Shown here: piece after piece, positions 45,468 to 56,039 of the stretch
Layout of the letters: each line of letters opens with the position of its first letter
How positions within the stretch are numbered: position 1 is the first letter of the stretch
Source: Mantamonas sphyraenae STR306
Lineage: Eukaryota > Protista > CRuMs
NCBI GenBank assembly: GCA_026936335.1
Contig: JAPMXV010000022.1
Span: 169,290-233,289 of the forward strand
Length of the DNA stretch: 64,000 nt
Direction of reading: 5' to 3'
Notes under the pieces: generated by a model
Databases searched by the model: none
What the model was told of the DNA's origin: nothing
The model's input: the letters and a program-made list of their open reading frames with translations, nothing else
Made by a program: the position numbers and the translations under genes

Positions 45468-46696
45468 ATGGTGAGCAACAAGGGCCTTTTTCTGATGCTG
45501 ATGATGCTGCTTGCACTGTGTGCAACGACAAGCTGGGCAGCCGACTCGACCTCTGAGGAGGAGGAGCAGTCGACGGACGTGTCGAACGACGAGGATTCGG
45601 AGTACGACGAGCTGGACAGTGAGGTGGACAGTGATGTGGAGGGCGTGGAGGAGGAGGACGACAACGCACGTCGCTTCCGCTACCGCGTGGTGCGCCGCTA
45701 CGTGTTCAAGAGGGCGAGCAAGAAGTCGAGCAAGAAGTCGAGCAAGAAGTCGAGCAAGAAGAGCACGGTGAGGGTGGCTGTGGCCACCAAGCCCAAGGTG
45801 CTGCCCATTGTGGCGGTGCCGGGCGTGAAGGCGAGCAAGGTGTCGGTGAACGTGGGAAAGAAGACGTTTACGTACGGCGGCACGACGTACCACGCGACGG
45901 CGGGCCAGGGCGCAGGTGTCACTGCGGTTCCGGGCCTGCTGCACGCGCTGGCCATGTCGTTTCAGCCCACCTTTTCGTGGCTGGTGGAGAACGCCAAGAA
46001 CGCCTGCCCGCAGGTGGGCACTGTGGCCGCTGGGTGCAAGTCGTTGACCGGTACGTGGGCGTTTTGTGTGGTTTGTGCGCAAGAGGAAAATCGGGGATAA
46101 TGTGCTTTTTTTTCGCAGGTTGGTCACGAGGGTAGTTCTGACACGGGAGAGGGCTGGGACACACGCACACACGCACACACGCACACACGCACACAGATAT
46201 GGTGGAGTGCCCCACTACCCCCGAGGCATTCAAGTGGCTGAGCCAAGCCAAGCGTCTGTGCCCCGACGCGGCAGCCGTGCAACGGGCTTGGGACGTGGCT
46301 ACTTCGGAGCCGTTCAGCCAGTGCCGCTACGACTGCCCGAAGAAGTCGCTGATGGTAGCACTGTCCATTCAGCCGGCGCAGTTTCAGGCAGCGCTGCCCT
46401 CGGTGTACCTTGCGCTGGCGCAGCCGATCCAGCCGATCCAGCCGATCATTCCGTTCCACGCCATCCTGCACGACTCTGAGAGCAGCGAGGACGAGGCGGA
46501 GGACGAGCTTTTGGACACCAACGAGAAGGAGCTGATGCGTGTGGAGGCACAGCTGGACGAGGTGGAGGACAGCATGGGCCAGGGATCTGTGTCGGACAGC
46601 TCTTCGGAGGACGACTCGGACAACGAGAACGATGAGGCGGTGGCTGATGAGGACCGTGGTGGATCCGGCTGGTGGTGCTGCTTCAACTGGTGTTAA
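45468..46696 (+). CDS. Secreted acidic precursor with 6-Cys domain and WWCCFNWC tail, paralog C; intron 46051..46196
   Basis: Signal peptide MVSNKGLFLMLMMLLALCATTSWA, D/E tract, RRFR, (SKKS)4, spliced 6-Cys domain, and terminal DRGGSGWWCCFNWC*. Confidence 0.85.
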
Positions 46697-46812
46697 ACAG
46701 AGAGAAGGAGAGAAGGAGAGAAGGAGAGGAAAAGGGAATGCAGCGCACGCTTTGGTGCATACACGTGAACTCGTGGCGAGGAACAAGAAGGCAGAGAGGC
46801 CTAGCGAGAGCG

Positions 46813-49145
46813 ATGCGGCGTAGCAGTGTGTTGTATGCAAAAGTGGTGGTTGGGTTTGTGTTGGCGACGCTGTGTGTGAATCTGATGATTGTCGGGGTGA
46901 AGGAGCGGGAAACGAAAGGGCAGAACGAACTGGCACGAGAGAGGCTGGCGGAGGAGAGGATGAAGCGGGAAGAGGAGGCGGAGGAGAGGAGAAGGGTGAA
47001 AAGGGAGGAGGAAGAGGAGGAGCGGAGGCAGGAGGAAGCGAGGAGGAAAGAGGCGGCGGAGAGAGAGGAACAGCGGAAGTTTCGGGAGAGAAAGGAGCGA
47101 GAGGTGAAGGAACGGTTGGAGAAGGAGACAAGGGAGAGGGAAGAGAGGGAGAAGAGGGAGAGAGAGGAGAGGGAGAGGGTGGAGAGGGAGGAGAGGGAGG
47201 AAAGGGAGAGGAAGGAGCGAGAGACAGCGACACCGACACCTGAACCGACGCCTGTGCCGTGTCCAGGGTACAAGAGCACACTGTCGGTGGTGCATGGGTA
47301 CACGGAGGAACGGGAGACAAGTGCGGCCAAGTTGAGTGGGGTGGCCGGGTGGAAGGCGCTGGAGTGGGAGGCACAGGAGGAGTGTAGGTGGCGTGTCAAG
47401 GCTGTGGGCAATGTGGAGTTGTGGATGGAGGGGAACAGTGTGAATAGGACAAAGGAGATGCATGGGAAGGGCACGTTGGTGGAGGTGAACGGGGTTTTGG
47501 GGCGGGTGGAGCTGGCAAGGTGAGTGTGTGGGGGGGGGGGGAGAGGGGGGGAAGAGGGGAGGGGAGGGGGAGACGGGTGTGGCTGCTGACATGGTAGGGG
47601 GTTGGGGGTTGGGGGTTGGGGCAGTCGCGTGCCAACCGCAGCAGAGATTCGGACGGGCGACGACTTGACAGGGTACGTGCACGTGTGGGCAAACTGCACA
47701 TGCGCAGCGTATAGAGTGGTGACTGTGGTGACGAGGAGACCCATGGACGAGTGGCCGGCTCCACAGGAAAAGGAGCTGGGTGCAGGAGAGCGGAGGCTGT
47801 TGGAAATGCGAGGGTGGCGGACGGCGCCTGCGCTGCCGTTTGGGAGGCAGGACATGGGGTTTGCGGTGGTGGATGAGCAGGTTCTGTTTATTTTTGCCGG
47901 GTTTTGTGGTGGGAGGCACGAGGTGGGAGACTACGGTTGTGAGCCGCGGGGACACAGTCGGGCGAGCGAGGTGTTGAACGTGCGGTACCCACACTGGGGC
48001 TGGCGTGAGGTGCCCCCGTTTCCCGGTGCCATGAGGCAGTCTGCGTCGTGTGCTGCGTTGGGGAGGAGTGTGTATTGCATGGGAGGGTCCAGCGTAGGTT
48101 GGGGAACGGGGAGAAAGGGAGGGGGGAGGGGTGGTGGTGCAGTAGGATGCTGACACGTGTGCTGGGGCGTTTGAAGTACACTCCAATTGACCCGAGTGAG
48201 TTTGTGGGCAAGGCCCTGCCCAAGTACAAGGCGAATCCGTACGCATACAGCGATCTGTGGGAGCTGAAGCTGCCAGAGGCCCTGTTTGCAGACGTGAACG
48301 TGACGTTGCGTGTGGTGAACGAGAGCCACTGGGTGAGCAGCCATTGGGAGGAAGGATGGGTGCAGAGGAGCAATGCACCGGTGGATCTGAATGGAGCGGC
48401 GATGATAGGGCACAAGGGCAAGCTGCTACTGGTGGGAGGGTGCGACTACGACATGCTGACGTTTCATACGTGGTCGGATGCAAATGGGCACACATACCGG
48501 CTGGGGTCAAGGCTGTGGTTGTACGATCGGGAGCAGGATCGGTGGGCGCAGGGCCCAGAGTGTCCCGGGACGCCGCGGTTTGACCACACGTTGAGTGTCG
48601 TGGGAGAGTACATGTACGTGATGGCAGGGGTCACGACGACAAACAGCGTGCTGCAGGAGGGGGGCGACGCCGTGATTCGGGCCACGGTGGACAATTGGCG
48701 GTACCATGTGGAGGAGGAGCGGTGGGAGCGGGTGGCAGATCACCCAACGTGCAATCGGCTGGGGCGAGGGATCCAGAACGTGGTGTATGGGAGGTATATG
48801 GTGTTCCTGGGAGGTGCGCCACGGCCGGTGATCTTTCCAGACGGGCGCAGCAAGGAGATGTACGGACGGGTGCAGACGCAGGAGTCGGGGGATTGGAGGG
48901 GCTACCACTTTTCGAACGAGGTGAGTTGGTATGACACGGAGTTGGATGTGTGGGGAAAGTGCACGGTGAGGCTGCCGTTTGACAGTGTGAACTTGGTGCC
49001 GATGGTGGTGGGGAAGTCGGTTTATATGTTGGGAGGGGAGAATGTGCCGTCGTGTTGGAATGGATTGGGGATCGGGGTGCATTCGCACGAGGTGGTGGTG
49101 GCGGATGTGGAGATTGCACGAGTGGTGGTGAGCGAGGAGGGATAG
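46813..49145 (+). CDS. Type II membrane-anchored Kelch-repeat protein with E/R-rich stalk; introns 47520..47597 and 48094..48176
   Basis: N-terminal TM segment (VVVGFVLATLCVNLMIVGV) and charged single-helix stalk. Kelch motifs: LFIFAG, VYCMGG, LLLVGG, YD...DRW, MYVMAG, VYMLGG. Confidence 0.8.
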
Positions 49146-49352
49146 GGAAGGACCATGCAGTGGGGTGGAGAGGGGAGGGGTGGAGAGGGGAGGGGAGTGG
49201 AGGGTGGAGGGTTCTCGCACACATACAAGCACGCAGTGGGTGACCATTGTGGGGGATTGGTTCTTTGTCCATGTTGGGTTGGGGTGACGCGGTGGGAACC
49301 AAACCTACATCAAAAAAAAAAAACGCAAGGAAAGAAAACCACTCCACACAGC

Positions 49353-50873
49353 ATGTCTCAGAGTGAGAAAGAGGACAACACACTGCACAGTATCGAAAAA
49401 CTGCATCCAATGCACGCATGGTCTTCTGTAGAGCTTTCAGAATGGGTGTTGGAGCGAACGGACAGTCAGGATGCAGCATCCGCTGTTCAGGAGACGGGCC
49501 GAACGGGCTACGAGTTCCTCATGGAGATGAACACCAGCATGCGTTGCGAGTTGTTGCGTTTGTCCGAAAAGGATGTCATCGCGCTGGAGCGAGACATTGC
49601 ACTGGAGACATTGCAATTCCAGGAGCAATCCGAGCCGGACCGAGTTCTTCGTCTGATGAAGTTCATGAATGGGAGCCACGTCCCGGACAAAGACGCAGGC
49701 CACATCGAGATGGAGATGGTACCCGAGGTTCAGCAGGTGATCACGGCACTCAAACACGCATGGGATGAGAAAGACGACGTCGTGATCATGGACGTGTCGA
49801 ATCCGAAGCGGCTCGAACTTCGAAATCGCAATGCTCGCAGCTACTTCGCTTCAGTGGACGTTCAACCCACGGACATCGATGAGCTGCGCAAGTTTGCCAA
49901 CACCAGTGCATTCGGCCGAGGTGATGACACAGTGATCGACAAGGAGGTCCGCAACGGACTGGAAATCCCCTCGTCCCGATTTTGGAGCAACCCCTCATGT
50001 CCCATCTCGTCATACGACACGTGCACCTTCCGCAAACTGCTGCTGTACGAGGAGGGGGGCAAGTTTGATGCACACCGAGATTCAATGACGGATGCGGGCC
50101 ACGTACGCACGGTGGTGTGGATTCTGCAAACCGATTTTGAAGGTGGTGATCTGGTGGTGGAGGCCCGGGATGGAACGCAACACCGAGCCGGTGCTGGCCA
50201 GGTCATCATGTTTTGGACGGACATGCTGCACTGGGTCGAGGAGGTGACCAGTGGCAACCGCGTCTCCTTGCAGTACGACGTGATCACGGGTCGTGACCGC
50301 GAAGCCTACGAGATGTTTTCAAGATACGGCTCCTCCCGTGATGAGAAAAGAGACCACAAAGCAAAGGAGTTTGTGGAGCGAAATCGCAAACCGATGGAGG
50401 AGGACCAGATGGATGAAGTGTGCGATCGAATCTTGGACGAGACCAACGACGCGTTGATGCTGCTGCTCCAGGCATCGCCACACCATGCGATTGGCTTGCC
50501 ATTGTGCCATGCGTACAGCATTGCAGGGGTGCGCAAGGGCATTCTGCGTGGCATGGACGAACTGCTGGTGCACTTCATGCGCCGATTTGCAGATCGAAAC
50601 GACCTGATGCGCACGTCTGTGTTCCCAGCTCTTGCTTTCCGGTACCACGACGGGAGGGAGGGAGAGGATTTCAATTGCTTCCTGGAGGTGGAGTTCTCCA
50701 ACGGGTACCTTTGGTCGTCTGGCAAAGAGTGCACTCTGTTTCCGCACCAGCTGTGCACGATGACGGACATCCTTCGCGTCGGCGACGGAGACACTGGCAA
50801 CGAGGCATTCCCCTCCGAGTACTCGTACTTGTTGGGAGTGTGTGCTGTGTTTGGCGAGAAGGAACGCGATTGA
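49353..50873 (+). CDS. SAM-like N-terminus plus 2OG-Fe(II) dioxygenase
   Basis: WSSVELSEWV...TGYEFL is SAM-like. Then SAFGRG.DTVID.EVR, KLLLYEEGGKFDAHRD (HxD), FEGGDL and LHWVEEVTSGNRVSLQY (distal H and RxS). Confidence 0.85.
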   Translation: MSQSEKEDNTLHSIEKLHPMHAWSSVELSEWVLERTDSQDAASAVQETGRTGYEFLMEMNTSMRCELLRLSEKDVIALERDIALETLQFQEQSEPDRVLRLMKFMNGSHVPDKDAGHIEMEMVPEVQQVITALKHAWDEKDDVVIMDVSNPKRLELRNRNARSYFASVDVQPTDIDELRKFANTSAFGRGDDTVIDKEVRNGLEIPSSRFWSNPSCPISSYDTCTFRKLLLYEEGGKFDAHRDSMTDAGHVRTVVWILQTDFEGGDLVVEARDGTQHRAGAGQVIMFWTDMLHWVEEVTSGNRVSLQYDVITGRDREAYEMFSRYGSSRDEKRDHKAKEFVERNRKPMEEDQMDEVCDRILDETNDALMLLLQASPHHAIGLPLCHAYSIAGVRKGILRGMDELLVHFMRRFADRNDLMRTSVFPALAFRYHDGREGEDFNCFLEVEFSNGYLWSSGKECTLFPHQLCTMTDILRVGDGDTGNEAFPSEYSYLLGVCAVFGEKERD

Positions 50874-50937
50874 TGAAGAAGGGACAGAGAGGGGAAAGAG
50901 ACTGAATGCACATCCCTCTCTCATTTGCAATCTTCCA

Positions 50938-52464
50938 ATGGAACCCTGCTCCACCGAGCGCCACAGCGCGTTTGGCAAGACGGAGGACCATCAGCTGGTG
51001 GAGGTGGCGACGAACTTTGTGCGCAAGAGCAAGCCCGACGGTGACCCGAGCGACATCAAGGACGTGACGTCGTTTGCACCGAGCAAGGAGGAGCTGCTTG
51101 GCTACCGCGCTCTGTCGGACGTGGACACGTCGTTGCTGCAGGAGCGCCTTGTGGTGCTGCAGCAGATCAACGGCTCGATGAACGTGTTCCTGCCGCTTGT
51201 GGACCTGACGCAGATCGACACGCGCTTCAGCCTGGCAAACAACTTTTCGTGTGCGCGCGGCCTTGTGTTTACGGCACCGAAGTTGCAGCTGTGGCAGCAG
51301 GGTATGGACGGCACGTACTGCAGCGACTATCGCCCGGACATCACGATCAACCGCCAGAAGACGGTGGATCTGTGGGATCAGGAGCCGAGCGAGGAGACGC
51401 TGAATGGCAGTGTGTTTGGCCAGATTGCGGCAGCTCTCAAGACGCACGTGAAGAACCTGCGCCAGAGGCCGAGCAGCCAGGCGTGGCACGTGGACTTTAC
51501 CGGCGAGTCGTCGATCGACGCTGGCGGACCGTACCGTGAGACGTTCTCGCAGATGATCCGCGAGATCCAGTCGCCGCACATCGACCTGCTTGTGCATGTG
51601 GGCAACTTTAAGAGCGACAACGGTATGCACCGTGACACGTTTGTGCCGAAACCGAGCGGCAAGGGCCAGGTGTACAAGGACCACTACCAGTTCCTGGGCA
51701 AGCTGATGGGCGTGGGTCTGCGCCAGAACATGACGCCTGTGTTCTGGAAGAAGCTGGTGCAGTTCCCGGTGACGCGTGCGGATCCGGTGGCCATGGACAC
51801 GATGTGCGTGCAGTGCAAAGACGCCATCATGGACATTGACAAGAAGGGCGTGACGTCGGAGATGTTTGGCGACGTGATTGACGAGACGTTCACGACGCAT
51901 CTGACGGACGGCGCGGAGGTGGAGCTTGTGGAGGGTGGCAAGCACAAGAAGGTGACGTTTGAGAACCGCCACGAGTACGTGCGCCTTGTGGAGCAGGCTC
52001 GTCTGAACGAGTTTGACACGCAGGTGGGCTGGATCCGCGAGGGTCTGACGGGCATGGTGCCGGTGCGCCTGTTTTCGCTGTTTACGTAGCAGGACATCCA
52101 GCTGCGCATGTGCGGTGTTGCCGACGTGCCGGTGGAGCTGCTGAAGAAGCACACGTACTACAGCGGGTACACGAAGGACAGCGAGACGGTGAAGATGTTC
52201 TGGGATCGCATGGAGAACTACATGCCGGAGGAGAGGCAGCTGTTCCTGCGCTTTGTGTGGGGCCGATCGCGTCTGCCGTTGGGCGAGGACGCGAGGTACA
52301 CGTTTACGCTGAGCACGGCGTACCGCAACACCGAGACTGCTCTGCCCGAGTCACACACGTGCTCGTTCCAGCTGGATCTGCCGAGCTCGTACGGCACCAC
52401 CGAGGTGATGTCGCAGCGTCTGGCGTACGCGTTCTACAACTGCGCGGATGTGGACAACGACTAA
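50938..52464 (+). pseudogene. HECT E3 ligase C-terminal fragment (HERC-like) with an in-frame TAG at 52087-52089
   Basis: FTGESSIDAGGPYRE, FLGKLMG, VTFENR.EYV, FLRFVWGRSRLP and LPESHTC. The two ORFs share a frame and are split by LFT*QDIQ. Confidence 0.75.
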
Positions 52465-52707
52465 AGCAGTCGTGTTGTCGAGTGACGTGATGGCAATGGG
52501 TTCAAAGTGCTTGCTTTGCGACTTGCACGCCGACATGCTGCGGGCGCGGGTTTGTGGGGAGCGAATGCCGGGTCGGGTGTGTCGGGTTTTGGTTTGCAAG
52601 GGAGTGGGTGCGTGAGGAATGTGAATGGAAGGGCCGTTGCCGACGAGGGGATGATTGGGTAGTGGGCGGGGAGAGGAGGGGAGGAGTGATTGAGTGGCAG
52701 AAGGGGT

Positions 52708-55700
52708 TCATTCGAGGCGTTGGCGTTTGGAGGAGGAGGAGGAGGAGGAGGAGGAGGAGGAGGAGGAGGAGGAGGAGGAGGAGGAAGGGTCTTTGCGCTT
52801 GGGGAGGGTGAAGGAGGGGATCGGGTAGGCGTCGACGAGTGCTACCGTGGTAGGGCGGGTGGTGATGTGGGGTGTGATGCGGTCGATGAGGGTGTGGAGG
52901 AGGGTGTGCAGTGTGGCGTCGCTGGGTTGGGGGTTATCGAGCCAGGCGATCTTGAGGGAGAGGGAGGTGACGCCGCGGGTGAGATTGTCGCTGATGGCAG
53001 GGGATAATTGCTGGTAGGTGAGACGTGGCCTGAGGAGGCGGACAAAGAAGGCCAGGTCGACAGGCGGCACGCCAACGTTGCCCAGCGCCAGGATGATGTG
53101 TCGCACCAGGGACATCTTGCTGCCGTTGTTGATCAGCACGCGCAGTGCCTGGTGCTCGTGTGTGTGCTGATGGCGAGGGTGCTTGGCTGCGCGTGCCTTC
53201 ATGTGTGCCAGCAGCGTCTGGAACTCCCGCGCCGTGCAGCTACCGCGCTCGTCGCTGGTAGATCCACTGTTCCAGCCACTGCGCACAGAGTCAGGGTGCC
53301 ACTTGTCCACCTTGGTGGTGGTGAGGTGGTGGTCGTAGTCGCATTGTGTCCAATGTGGGTCGCTGTCGTTGTCAGCAGGGCGTCGTGCTTTCTGCAGCCA
53401 CAGCTGGGTCTGCTTGTGCTCCTTCCAAGTGGTGGGATGGGGTCTGTTGCCAAGAGTGTCCATCTCTGTCATGAGCAGGTGGAGGAGGGCGTAGTTGGGG
53501 TCGCCATGGTCGTGTGGCTCCTCCAGCCAGAACACCTTCAACCCAGCCTTTGTTACACCCATGGCCAGACCAGCGTGGATGATGGCATCGCTGCACGCCT
53601 TTTGATCCATATCACGGCCCAGAAGGATGAGACAGAAGGCCATGTCGCCCTGGGAGAGGGGAATGTTGCCCAGAGCGAGCTGAATCTGTCGAATCAGCGT
53701 GCGCAGGGTGCCATGGCAAACCACGACACGCGCCTGCAGGGTCATAAGGTCTGGGATGTCGTCGATGAAATGCTCGTTGGCCAGAGCGTGCATGTGGCTC
53801 AGCATTGCCGTGTGCTCCTTCTTGTTGCTGTGGCTGCGCTCGCTCCTGCGCCACTTTGTCCAGCCACTGCGCACAACGCCATCTGGCAGTCCATCCTCCA
53901 CGGCCATCTTCTCCTCCTCCTCTGTGGGCTCGGGGAGAACAAGCTCGGTGATGGCAAGGGCGTTGACGGCGTCGACTGTGGTAGGGCGGGTGTTGATGTG
54001 GGGTGTGATGCGGTCGATGAGGATGTGGAGGAGGGTGTGCAGGGTGGCGTCGCTGGGTTTGGGGTTGTCGAGCCAGGCGATCTTGAGGGAGAGGGAGGTG
54101 ACGCCGCGGGTGAGGGTGTTGCTGATGGCGTTGGAAACCTGTTGGTAGTTGAGGTTTGGCCTGAGGAGGCGGACAAAGAAGGCCAGGTCGACAGGCGGCA
54201 CGCCAACGTCGCCCAGCGCCAGGATGATGTGTCGCACCAGGGACAGCAGGTTGCCGTTGTTGATCAGCTCACGCAGTGCCTGGTGCTCGTGTGTGTGGAT
54301 ATGGCGAGGGTGCTTGGCTGCGCGTGCCTTCATGTGTGCCAGCAGCGTCTGGAACTCCCGCGCCGTGCAGCTGCCACGTTCGTCGCTGGGAGAGTGCGAT
54401 GCCCAGCCACTGCGCACAGTCTCAGGGTGCCACTTTTCCACCTCGGTGGTGTTGAGGTGGTGGTCGTAGTCATATTGTGTCCAGTATGGGTCGCTGTCGT
54501 TGTCAGCAGGGCGTCGTGCTTCCTGCAGCCTCAGCTGGGTCTGCTTGTGCTCCTTCCAGGTGGTGGGATGGACTCTGCTGCCGAGAGTGTCCATCTCTGT
54601 CATGAGGAGGTGGAGGAGGGCGTAGTTGGGGTCGCCGTGGTCGTGTGGCTCCTCCAGCCAGCACACCTTCAACCCAGCCTTTGTCACACCAATGGCCAGA
54701 CCAGCGTCGCGGATGACACTGCTGCACGCCTGTTGATCCATTGCACGGCCGAGGAGGGTGAGACAGAGGGCCATGTCGCCCTGGGAAAGGGGAATGTTGC
54801 CCAGAGCGAGCAGAATCTGTCGGACAAGCGTGGTCGTAGTGCCATGGCAGACCATAACACGCGCCTGCAGGGTCATGAGGTCGGGGATGTTGTCGATGGG
54901 ATGCTCGTTGGCCAGGGTGTGCATGTGGTTCAGCAGTGCCGTGTGCTCCTTCTTGTTTCTGTGGCTGCGCTCGTCACTGTACCCCCATGTCCACCCTTTG
55001 CGCACAACGCCATCTGGCAACTTGTTCTTCTTGTTGACGCCTGGTTTCTTCCTTGCACCGTTGTTTCCGTTCTTGGCCCTCCTTGCCCGTGTGCTCGACG
55101 TTCCTGTCTCGGTGCCACTGCCAGCCGTGACCCTGTGCCCGTGCTTTCCATTCCATGTGCTGCTTTGTGTCCCAGAGCGACATCCGCTGCGGCCCCTCTG
55201 TCGTGTGCGGCGACTGATTCGTTTGGGCAGCGACTGTTCATCCATGTTCTCCTGCTCCATGTCGTCTGTGTCGTCATCGCTATTGTCCCCAGGTACGGAA
55301 TCCCCATCTATGGTGGTTGTTGAGGTTGTGGTCGTGGCTGTGTGGTCTTGCGAGACGGGCTGAGCCCAGGCCTCGTCGCTCGCCTCGACATACCGGAGCA
55401 CGTCATCCTGAGTCATCCAATCGGTGTCGTGGAAGCGGTAGAAGCGCCTTGCGGGTTGTGTGGTGTCCACATAAAGCGTTCCAGGCTCGTGTTCGGAGGA
55501 ATGGCTAGATACGTTGCTGGGCGCAGCAGGCGGAGGCGGCGGGGGAGGAGTGGTGTTGGATGTGTGAAGGCGGTTCGGATAGTGTAACAGAACAGGAACC
55601 CACACAAAGGACTGCATGGAGTTCTGTGGATATGCGTAGCCGGGTGGGGAAAGATATTGCTGAGGAATGTAGCCTCGTTGCAGGTTCATTGGACCGAAAC

Positions 55701-55875
55701 TGAGTGGAACACGATAGGTGATAGGTTGGGGTGGGCGTGTAATGATGCATGTGCGTGAAGGTTGGAGGATGGTCAGCATAGCGTGGACGGTTGGGCGCAA
55801 AGAGGGACCTTTGAAGGCGGATGGAGCGACAAGTGTGTGCAAAGGACGGTTGACGGAACCGGAGATGCGAAACAT
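52708..55875 (-). CDS. Subtelomeric modular repeat protein, copy 1 (A-B-A-B modules; putative wHTH DNA-binding protein)
   Basis: 1055-aa ORF with an internal 1131-nt (377-aa) repeat, a Pro/Gln-rich and acidic N-terminus, and a KRK-polySer-KRQR tail. The start codon is uncertain. Confidence 0.8.
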   Translation of the reverse strand: MFRISGSVNRPLHTLVAPSAFKGPSLRPTVHAMLTILQPSRTCIITRPPQPITYRVPLSFGPMNLQRGYIPQQYLSPPGYAYPQNSMQSFVWVPVLLHYPNRLHTSNTTPPPPPPPAAPSNVSSHSSEHEPGTLYVDTTQPARRFYRFHDTDWMTQDDVLRYVEASDEAWAQPVSQDHTATTTTSTTTIDGDSVPGDNSDDDTDDMEQENMDEQSLPKRISRRTRQRGRSGCRSGTQSSTWNGKHGHRVTAGSGTETGTSSTRARRAKNGNNGARKKPGVNKKNKLPDGVVRKGWTWGYSDERSHRNKKEHTALLNHMHTLANEHPIDNIPDLMTLQARVMVCHGTTTTLVRQILLALGNIPLSQGDMALCLTLLGRAMDQQACSSVIRDAGLAIGVTKAGLKVCWLEEPHDHGDPNYALLHLLMTEMDTLGSRVHPTTWKEHKQTQLRLQEARRPADNDSDPYWTQYDYDHHLNTTEVEKWHPETVRSGWASHSPSDERGSCTAREFQTLLAHMKARAAKHPRHIHTHEHQALRELINNGNLLSLVRHIILALGDVGVPPVDLAFFVRLLRPNLNYQQVSNAISNTLTRGVTSLSLKIAWLDNPKPSDATLHTLLHILIDRITPHINTRPTTVDAVNALAITELVLPEPTEEEEKMAVEDGLPDGVVRSGWTKWRRSERSHSNKKEHTAMLSHMHALANEHFIDDIPDLMTLQARVVVCHGTLRTLIRQIQLALGNIPLSQGDMAFCLILLGRDMDQKACSDAIIHAGLAMGVTKAGLKVFWLEEPHDHGDPNYALLHLLMTEMDTLGNRPHPTTWKEHKQTQLWLQKARRPADNDSDPHWTQCDYDHHLTTTKVDKWHPDSVRSGWNSGSTSDERGSCTAREFQTLLAHMKARAAKHPRHQHTHEHQALRVLINNGSKMSLVRHIILALGNVGVPPVDLAFFVRLLRPRLTYQQLSPAISDNLTRGVTSLSLKIAWLDNPQPSDATLHTLLHTLIDRITPHITTRPTTVALVDAYPIPSFTLPKRKDPSSSSSSSSSSSSSSSSSSSKRQRLE

Positions 55876-56039
55876 GGGAGGTTACTTACACGGGGTAGGG
55901 ATGGTATGAGCGGAAGGGGGAACTGGTGTTGCTGTGAATGGTGAGAAGTTGTTGTTGGAAACGTTGGTTGGGCAGGTGAGGGTGAGTGGAATTTCGCACA
56001 CGCCACTGAGGACAAAGGTGCGTGTGATAGGGGTGAGTG

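Noticed and set aside
47525-47625. G-run tract with quadruplex potential
   Set aside because: It is mostly intronic low-complexity sequence, and similar G/A-rich tracts are common here. There is no evidence of function.
52087-52089. Possible TAG codon reassignment
   Set aside because: TAG appears to terminate other genes normally (1752-1754 minus, 49143-49145 plus), and no other gene has in-frame TAGs.
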